Assembly (NCBI GenBank): GCA_965116925.1
Contig: OZ220744.1
Coordinates: 5,568,001 to 5,632,000, forward strand
DNA: 64,000 nt
Reading direction: 5' to 3'
Origin: Candidatus Poribacteria bacterium
GTDB lineage: Bacteria > Poribacteria > WGA-4E > PCPOR2b
Part shown: piece by piece, positions 57,761 through 64,000 of the stretch
Position numbering within the stretch: position 1 is the stretch's first letter
How the letters are laid out: each line of letters starts with the position of its first letter
Translations under genes and position numbers: made by a program
Notes under the pieces: generated by a model
What the model was told of the DNA's origin: nothing
Seen by the model: only the letters and a program-made list of their open reading frames with translations
Databases searched by the model: none

Positions 57761-58108
57761 TTAGAAATCCGTCAACGCTTTTTCCTCTGAAGCAAAGATA
57801 TCAATACTTTGGGATAAACCAATTATATCGAAAACCTGCCGCATATGATTTGATGGATGGGAGATCCGTAGGACTTGCCCCCTGTTGCGCGTTTTCCAAA
57901 TCAGTTTGACGATGACACCAAACCCGCTACTAGTGATAAAACTTTGCCGGTCAAAGCGAAGCAGAATTTTTGCTGCATTGGCACTTTGGTCATAAGCTGT
58001 GTTTATCCCTTCTGCTGAGTCTTCCGTAAAATAACCGGTGATGTCAAAAATTGAGATTTCTCCATCGTGCCTGACTGTTACTCGAGGTTCTGACCGCGTA
58101 TACCGCAT
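57761..58108 (-). CDS. STAS-domain anti-sigma factor antagonist
   Basis: FITSSGFG, VFDIIGL, EEKAL. Confidence 0.85.
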   Translation of the reverse strand: MRYTRSEPRVTVRHDGEISIFDITGYFTEDSAEGINTAYDQSANAAKILLRFDRQSFITSSGFGVIVKLIWKTRNRGQVLRISHPSNHMRQVFDIIGLSQSIDIFASEEKALTDF

Positions 58109-58241
58109 ATAAAGTAATCCGTTCTCCTTTCGGCGTTCAGGACAGACAAAAAATTCAAGATATCTGCAATGGAGATTTTAGCCGATCTGAGAAAAACTGT
58201 CAATAAGGTAAAAAGAAATTTGTAATCAAAGGAGAAAACCA

Positions 58242-59048
58242 ATGACCGCCGCAATCCAGCGAGGCAAGCCATTTTCTGAGGAAGAAACACAACGAATCGT
58301 CGAACAGTTCAATCGTGACGGCTACTATTTCTTCGGTGAAGTGTTCACCTCAGAAGAAGCAGCCACACTTAAAGCATTAATGGAGCAAAAATATAACGAC
58401 CCACGCATGCACGATGAGGCAGGCGACCATATCCGTGGCATCAGCATGATGCGCATGTTTGAATATGACAAGGCTTTTCGAGATCTCATCGTGCGAGAGC
58501 CTTATGTCAGCCTCGCTGAAGCAATCTTGGGTGAGGACTGTCATATGATGTCCCAAAATGCACTACGTTACGCGCCCGGACAGGGGGGCGGGTGGCATAG
58601 CGACGACAAACTCCACTTTCCGCTGCCGGATGGTGTGCCTCGACACGATCCTCGTATCACGCTGCCCTGCTTCGTTATCAACGTGCTTATCCCGCTTATC
58701 GATATTGAAACAATGGACGATGGTCCAACACAGGTTGTCCCCGGCAGCCATTATTCGGGGCGTAGACCACCCGCTGAAGAGAATCCAACCTTTGAAGGGA
58801 AGGGTCCCGTCAGCTTCTTTACAAAGGCGGGTGGTGCCTATATGTTTAATAGTCAAGTCTGGCATCGCGGCACCCCTAACAATCGAAATCAGATTCGATA
58901 CGTTGCAGCGGTCACATACAGCCAGCGGATCATCGCACAGCGACTCTATCCGTTTATCGACTACCGGATGCCTGAACATGTTTTTGAGGGGGCGGACGAA
59001 CGGCTGCAGAGATTGTTGGGGAGGCATAATAAGGGAGCCTTCGGCTAA
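58242..59048 (+). CDS. PhyH-family dioxygenase
   Basis: WHSD, VVPGSH, VWHRGTPN...R. Confidence 0.88.
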   Translation: MTAAIQRGKPFSEEETQRIVEQFNRDGYYFFGEVFTSEEAATLKALMEQKYNDPRMHDEAGDHIRGISMMRMFEYDKAFRDLIVREPYVSLAEAILGEDCHMMSQNALRYAPGQGGGWHSDDKLHFPLPDGVPRHDPRITLPCFVINVLIPLIDIETMDDGPTQVVPGSHYSGRRPPAEENPTFEGKGPVSFFTKAGGAYMFNSQVWHRGTPNNRNQIRYVAAVTYSQRIIAQRLYPFIDYRMPEHVFEGADERLQRLLGRHNKGAFG

Positions 59049-59052
59049 ACGT

Positions 59053-59730
59053 ATGAGCGAATCACACTATGAAAAATTCTTTGAACTCATAGCGAAGCGA
59101 TCCGCTTTAATAGATCTTAGGGAAGATAAGCAGATCAGTCTGACTGAGATCACTCCCCCAATTGATTGGGGTGAACTCTTCGGGAACAAGAATCCCGTTG
59201 AGATAGAAATCGGATGCGGTAAGGGACGTTTTCTGCTTGAGACCTCAAGGCAACATCCAGAGATTAATTACGTTGGTGTCGAGCGAGCGTTGAAATATGT
59301 CCAACATACAAAGAAGCGGTTACTGAAAGGAAACACTAAGCGGGTTTTCCTAATCTGGAGCGATGCTGGTTACCTCGTTGATCGCTACATTGGAGAAGAC
59401 ACCATTGATGCGTATCACGTCTACTTCCCAGATCCCTGGCCCAAGAAACGGCATCATAAGCGTCGGCTCTTTAGAAATGAGGTCTGGCTAGACGGATTGG
59501 TTCGGACACTGAATTCGAGTAGAGGACGTATCCACATCGCTACCGATTACGCCGAGTATTTCTATGAAATCCACGACTGTCTAACGCATACGCCTCCGTT
59601 GGTCTACCTACCATCTGACTCCCTTGAGATAGGGCACATCCCAACCAGTTTTGAGATAAAGTACCGGGAAGAAGGGCGAAAGATCTATCGTGCGGTGTAT
59701 CAGATGGATTCATCCTCTTATAAGCCGTAG
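59053..59730 (+). CDS. trmB: tRNA (guanine-N7)-methyltransferase
   Basis: EIGCGKG, FPDPWPKKRHHKRR, ATD, TSFEIKY; start MSESHY. Confidence 0.93.
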   Translation: MSESHYEKFFELIAKRSALIDLREDKQISLTEITPPIDWGELFGNKNPVEIEIGCGKGRFLLETSRQHPEINYVGVERALKYVQHTKKRLLKGNTKRVFLIWSDAGYLVDRYIGEDTIDAYHVYFPDPWPKKRHHKRRLFRNEVWLDGLVRTLNSSRGRIHIATDYAEYFYEIHDCLTHTPPLVYLPSDSLEIGHIPTSFEIKYREEGRKIYRAVYQMDSSSYKP

Positions 59731-59760
59731 GATCTGCCTCTCACGTTTCATGTTTTGCTG

Positions 59761-61230
59761 CTATATTTCATGGAGCGGATACAACTTCCGACCAAGATTG
59801 TGGAACGGCAACTCTTTCCCCACCGGATCGTGCACACTCGGTTCAGACACCGCATAGATTGCCCCTGCCCACGACTCAAAGCCTGCCCGAAAGTGTACTG
59901 TCGATTTGACCCCGATGTAGCGCATCTGGCGCGGGTCTAAGCCCATGGTTCGTGAAAACGCAGTATCAAACGGCTGCTCCCGCTCCGTTACTAACAGCAC
60001 ATGAATCCCGTCCTGTCGGATATATGCTGAGGGCCCCATGCTGCTCTCCAACCCTGCATTCCTCGGACCATCGTAACGGAAGCTGCCATCTGACAGTGTG
60101 ACCACCTCCGCTGTCATACGTACCGGTTGTCCTTGAAGGGGTGTTGATTTCGCACCTACATCTAAGGTCAACGTTGCTCCTACACCCGCTTCTTGGCAAG
60201 CACTCACCGCTTCCGGATCCACGATGTATAGGATACAAGCATCCTCTAACCCTGCTTCAATGAACGTCCGCAACACGCCGGTACTATCTCCCGGCGAACC
60301 ACCGCCGGTGTTATCATTCCGATCAGCAAAAATTACCGGAAATTTCCCTTCTGCTGTCGCCTGTGCTAGTGCTTCGCGGGTCGGTGGCATCGGTGCCTGC
60401 CAGTCCGCACGGCGTTCCCAGATCCATGCTGCCAACTCATCTGCATACCGTTGCGCCAAGTCTGGATCGTTGTCGGTGACGATATAAACCGACGCACCCA
60501 TGTCCGGAATGTCAGCCAACGGATAGCAGGTCGCGATCGAACCACAAATCACGCCCGGTTGCGCCTCGATTCTGTGCAATTCAGCGATTGCCTCTCGCAT
60601 CGGCGAGTGTGCTGTGACCTGATTCAGTCCCCAGACCAACGGAATTTGGTGCAGTGCCATGGTAGGGCACACCCCCTCTCGGTGGATGCGAACCAGAACA
60701 TCAGCGCATTCGCGGGCACGTTCTGCCTGATCAATCTCCGGGTAGGTCTCCCTTCCAATCAACACGTCCGCCATCTCGATCATGCGGCGGGAGACATTGG
60801 AATGGATGTCCAACTCCGCCAAGATAGGCACTTGGGGTCCCACCAATTCTCGCACAGCGGTCAGAATATGCCCCTCGCCGTCATCAATCCCTTCCGCCAC
60901 CATCGCACCGTGTAGATCGAGCAGGACACCATCAATGGAGCCCGCTTCAGCGATTCGATCCAGCATATCCTTCAGGATAGCATCGAAGATGTGTCGCGGT
61001 GTTGGACCACTCGGATGCGCGTTTGCATAGATTGTGGGGATTAGCTCGAATCCGTGCGCTTCCGCACCTGCAATATACCCGCCGATGGTTGTGTTGCTGC
61101 CGCGAAACTTGTCAATGATTTCGTCTCCGATCAGGTAGCCGAATCGCTGATCACGGTAGCTTGCCCACGTGGTGGCAACAGTAGTAAAAGTGCTGGTCTC
61201 ATGACCGATTGCACCGGTAATGACTCTCAT
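59761..61230 (-). CDS. M81 metallopeptidase (MlrC-like)
   Basis: HETSTF, LHGAMV, LDIHSN, DNTGGG, KSTVHFRA. Confidence 0.9.
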   Translation of the reverse strand: MRVITGAIGHETSTFTTVATTWASYRDQRFGYLIGDEIIDKFRGSNTTIGGYIAGAEAHGFELIPTIYANAHPSGPTPRHIFDAILKDMLDRIAEAGSIDGVLLDLHGAMVAEGIDDGEGHILTAVRELVGPQVPILAELDIHSNVSRRMIEMADVLIGRETYPEIDQAERARECADVLVRIHREGVCPTMALHQIPLVWGLNQVTAHSPMREAIAELHRIEAQPGVICGSIATCYPLADIPDMGASVYIVTDNDPDLAQRYADELAAWIWERRADWQAPMPPTREALAQATAEGKFPVIFADRNDNTGGGSPGDSTGVLRTFIEAGLEDACILYIVDPEAVSACQEAGVGATLTLDVGAKSTPLQGQPVRMTAEVVTLSDGSFRYDGPRNAGLESSMGPSAYIRQDGIHVLLVTEREQPFDTAFSRTMGLDPRQMRYIGVKSTVHFRAGFESWAGAIYAVSEPSVHDPVGKELPFHNLGRKLYPLHEI

Positions 61231-61733
61231 TGGTTTCGTGCTCCCTTTCTAAGCGGCATGATAAATGCCAAACTCGGTTCCTCGCGTTCCATTGGCTCTA
61301 CGGCAAAGCCCATAGAGAGTTTGAGTTGGTGGTTTTCTGGGTGGTCCATGTCACTGACAGATCGAACCTGGTAACAATCAAGCTCCTTCGCCCGTTTCAG
61401 CGTATATTCCTGAAGTGCTTTACCGATGCCTTGCCGTCGATAGGCTTTCTTTACGCCAAACGCAATAATCTTCGCTTCTTGCAGCGTCTTTCCGTCCATC
61501 TGAACAGGGGGATGGTCGCGATCATGGGGACCAATGTCCCAAACGACAAACATGAGAAACCCAACGATATTTCCATCCTGTTTAGCAGCCAAGAAGTAAC
61601 GTGCGAACTGTTCAAAATGTTGATTAAATGCCCACCCTGCTTGGTTTTCCTGCGCGATGACATCAACCAACTCCTGCCACTCTGGATGGTCGGGCGTCAT
61701 CTCTTCGATTGGGAAAGGTGGTGATTTGTACAT
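61227..61733 (-). CDS. GNAT acetyltransferase
   Basis: YRRQGIGKAL, MGF. Confidence 0.85.
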   Translation of the reverse strand: MYKSPPFPIEEMTPDHPEWQELVDVIAQENQAGWAFNQHFEQFARYFLAAKQDGNIVGFLMFVVWDIGPHDRDHPPVQMDGKTLQEAKIIAFGVKKAYRRQGIGKALQEYTLKRAKELDCYQVRSVSDMDHPENHQLKLSMGFAVEPMEREEPSLAFIMPLRKGARNQ

Positions 61734-61830
61734 CCGTTGGCTGCTTTCATTCGGTCTGTCAAATTAACTGTTTGGTTTTGCCTAAAAATTGCACCCTTCT
61801 GGACTGTCGGTCAATTTTAAGGGTGTTACC

Positions 61831-62933
61831 TCATGCCGGCAACGCTTCTTCATAAAACCGCTGCCAGTTGCGGTACATCACATTGGCAATGTCCTCTTCA
61901 GCATAGCCGCGCCTATCAAGGATATTTGCAATTTTCTGATAATCTGCCACTGTGTCAATTTCGTACGGTGCACCATCGTTGCCCCCCTGACCGTCCGTAT
62001 CCCCGCCGATGGCGGCGTGCTGCGAGTTGCCCGCCAACTGGCAGACGTGATCCATGTGATCTACCAGATGCTCTAGCGTAACCGCCTCTCTTGGGAAGAC
62101 GCTGCGACGTGGTGGAATATCCCCACCCCAATCAATGCCCCCTTCTGCGTAAATCATCCACGTATCCATCGATGCGCCGATAACACCACCGCGTTCAAGG
62201 AGGGCTTTGAGTTGTTCGTCGGAAAACTGTCGCTCGCCGGGTGCTAATGCACGACAGTTCTGGTGGCTTGCCATCACCGGTCCCGAAAATAGATCCAGTG
62301 CCTGCCAAAACGCCTCATCGGCGGTGTGGGTGAGATCGAGAACCATCCCTAACCCATCCATCTCATGTAGTAGGGGTTTGGCCGGTGGCAACAATCCACC
62401 GGGTCTGCCCGTTCCGTGAGAATAGGTGCTGATGCCGTAATGCGCTAAGTTAATTGTGCGCAGTCCGCTCTCCCACCATCGTGGACATGTTCGGGCCAAA
62501 GGATAGGGTCCGCCCCCTCCATGCCGAGAACCATGCCAACTGGCAAATTTTCATAGCTTGTGGCTTCTGACCATGTTTGTATATGTTCGCTGAAGTCCTT
62601 GCGGGTTCTCAAGATACGCGCCTCACCCCTACTCTCCAGAATTCGGTAGTAGGCGAGGTGTGCCTGTGCTGCAGCGTAAGCGACATCGCCACTCCTGTAT
62701 CCCCAGATGGGGCTGTTTTTTCGTTGAATCCGTCCTGATATTTTAACCAACGCCGCTGCAATTTTTCCGCGCCGCATCTCAGGAAGCGAAGCCATTGTTC
62801 CAGAAGCAGGCCACCGGTCTCCCTCCCGCGATCCCGCTTGAACTGCTCGGACCTCCTCAATCGGCAAGGTCAGATCTCGATTCAAATCAATCGCGCCATA
62901 CGCCATCGGATAGTCACCGTCAAAAATTAACAT
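61831..62933 (-). pseudogene. Membrane dipeptidase (M19) split by a 1 bp frameshift
   Basis: MEGADPILWPEHVHD joins WWESGLRTINLAHYG if one base is restored near 62478; DLTH, ASHQN, IGGD motifs. Confidence 0.8.
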
Positions 62934-63072
62934 GATTTACCTCTACCTTTATCGTAATGGATTGTCAAATAAATTGAGTTGCCACAAAGTAGTAGGCATA
63001 CTCCGTATGCCGTAACCCTTGAATATTTGGAGCAGCGTGTATACCAAGAAACCGCGTTTTGTCGGGGATGAA

Positions 63073-63798
63073 TCAACCACGCAGCTGATACGCAATCGCA
63101 TAGGCACACTTATGAACTCCAGAGTTGTTAGGCTCAGAACGATGCCAGGTGTAATTGGTGAAGAACGCCGCATCTCCCGGCGACATAGGCAACAGCACCT
63201 CCCCGGAAAAATCGATCTCCGCTATCGGAATACGCCATCGCTTGAACGCTTCGCCGCTTCGAGCGTTGTGATAGCTTGGCTCATCGTAGTAGCCCTCGTG
63301 CTCGATTAGCGTCCACGACTGCTGCGTACCGGGCATGATTGCCAAAGCGCACCCATCCACCCCCACCTCATCGAGCGCGATCCACGAATTGCATCCCTGC
63401 TCAGGTGCCAAATGCCAATAGAACGAATCTTGGTGGAAGAACGATTGACCACTAATAGCGCGATGCTTGATCAACGCCTGATCGGTGAAACGTTCCACAG
63501 GACCGCCGAGCAGCTGTTCCATCACGCGCTGCAAGTTTGGGTGATCGGCTATCGCTTTGAAAACATCTTCCTGCATAGCGGGACGTTGCACACCAATCGG
63601 AAGGAAACCGTCCTTCTTATTTCGGAATTTCGACGGATCCAGCACCTGAAAATGGGTGTCGGGCCAATCATGGTCGCCAGTTAGCAGATCCATGAGACGG
63701 TTACGCACACCACAACCCTCTTCGGACGAAATTAACCCACGCACGACGGTGTATCCTTCGGTTCTATATTGCTCTATCTGTTCTTCAGTCAGTTGCAT
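63073..63798 (-). CDS. PhyH-family dioxygenase
   Basis: FHQD, WIALD, WHRSEPN; start MQLTEEQ. Confidence 0.88.
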   Translation of the reverse strand: MQLTEEQIEQYRTEGYTVVRGLISSEEGCGVRNRLMDLLTGDHDWPDTHFQVLDPSKFRNKKDGFLPIGVQRPAMQEDVFKAIADHPNLQRVMEQLLGGPVERFTDQALIKHRAISGQSFFHQDSFYWHLAPEQGCNSWIALDEVGVDGCALAIMPGTQQSWTLIEHEGYYDEPSYHNARSGEAFKRWRIPIAEIDFSGEVLLPMSPGDAAFFTNYTWHRSEPNNSGVHKCAYAIAYQLRG

Positions 63799-63847
63799 GT
63801 TACCCCCAATTATGCAAGTCGGTTTGAGTCCGATTTTTCCATGTCTT

Positions 63848-64000
63848 TTACACATCATTTTTTATTTTCGCAAATACAAGTGTATCTCGCAATCCCCCGG
63901 CTAGCGAAAGCGAATCATTTCGCAATGTGCCTTCCAATTTGAACCCAAGCCTGTCGGGGATCCGTCGGCTCCTAATGTTTTTCGAGTCACAACGAATTCC
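63848..64000 (-). CDS. 3' end of a RimJ/RimL-type GNAT acetyltransferase (partial; not in the ORF track)
   Basis: Manual translation IRCDSKNIRSRRIPDRLGFKLEGTLRND...LRDTLVFAK, ending in TAA. Confidence 0.8.
   Translation of the reverse strand, partial: GIRCDSKNIRSRRIPDRLGFKLEGTLRNDSLSLAGGLRDTLVFAKIKNDV

Noticed and set aside
58558..59052. Long N-terminal extension of TrmB
   Set aside because: It overlaps the PhyH gene in another frame; the TrmB-like sequence starts at 59053

Overview
Bacterial chromosomal window (about 50% GC by eye). Four PhyH-family dioxygenases, LPS genes and dense intergenic REP/MITE repeats suggest a Ca. Poribacteria-like organism; this is inference only. Core content: a surface-polysaccharide cluster (WbpB/D/E-like enzymes, AsnB-type amidotransferase, methyltransferase, sulfotransferase), queC, a GT9 gene, phnY/phnZ-like genes, tRNA-Asp/Val/Asp with serS, infC-rpmI-rplT-(T-box)-pheST, an ElbD-like FAR-ACS-ACP-acyltransferase fusion with a HAD gene, lexA and trmB. 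Most notable: (1) a 7 kb co-oriented array of small accessory genes after serS, punctuated by symmetric dif-like 11-6-11 sites (ATRTCCGATAA-N6-TTATCGGAYAT) and by a second ~55-70 bp junction repeat, with no integrase or attC visible; (2) a two-domain rhodanese whose catalytic Cys codon is an in-frame TGA (probable selenocysteine); (3) a promoter-driven, ORF-less IS200/IS605-like element with a pseudoknot and an omega-RNA-like 3' half; (4) a complete Phe T-box riboswitch in an apparent diderm; (5) several MITE shell families carrying nested, interchangeable GTAG-REP cargo; (6) a PFK homologue lacking its catalytic motifs. All calls were made by eye from motifs; no searches were run.
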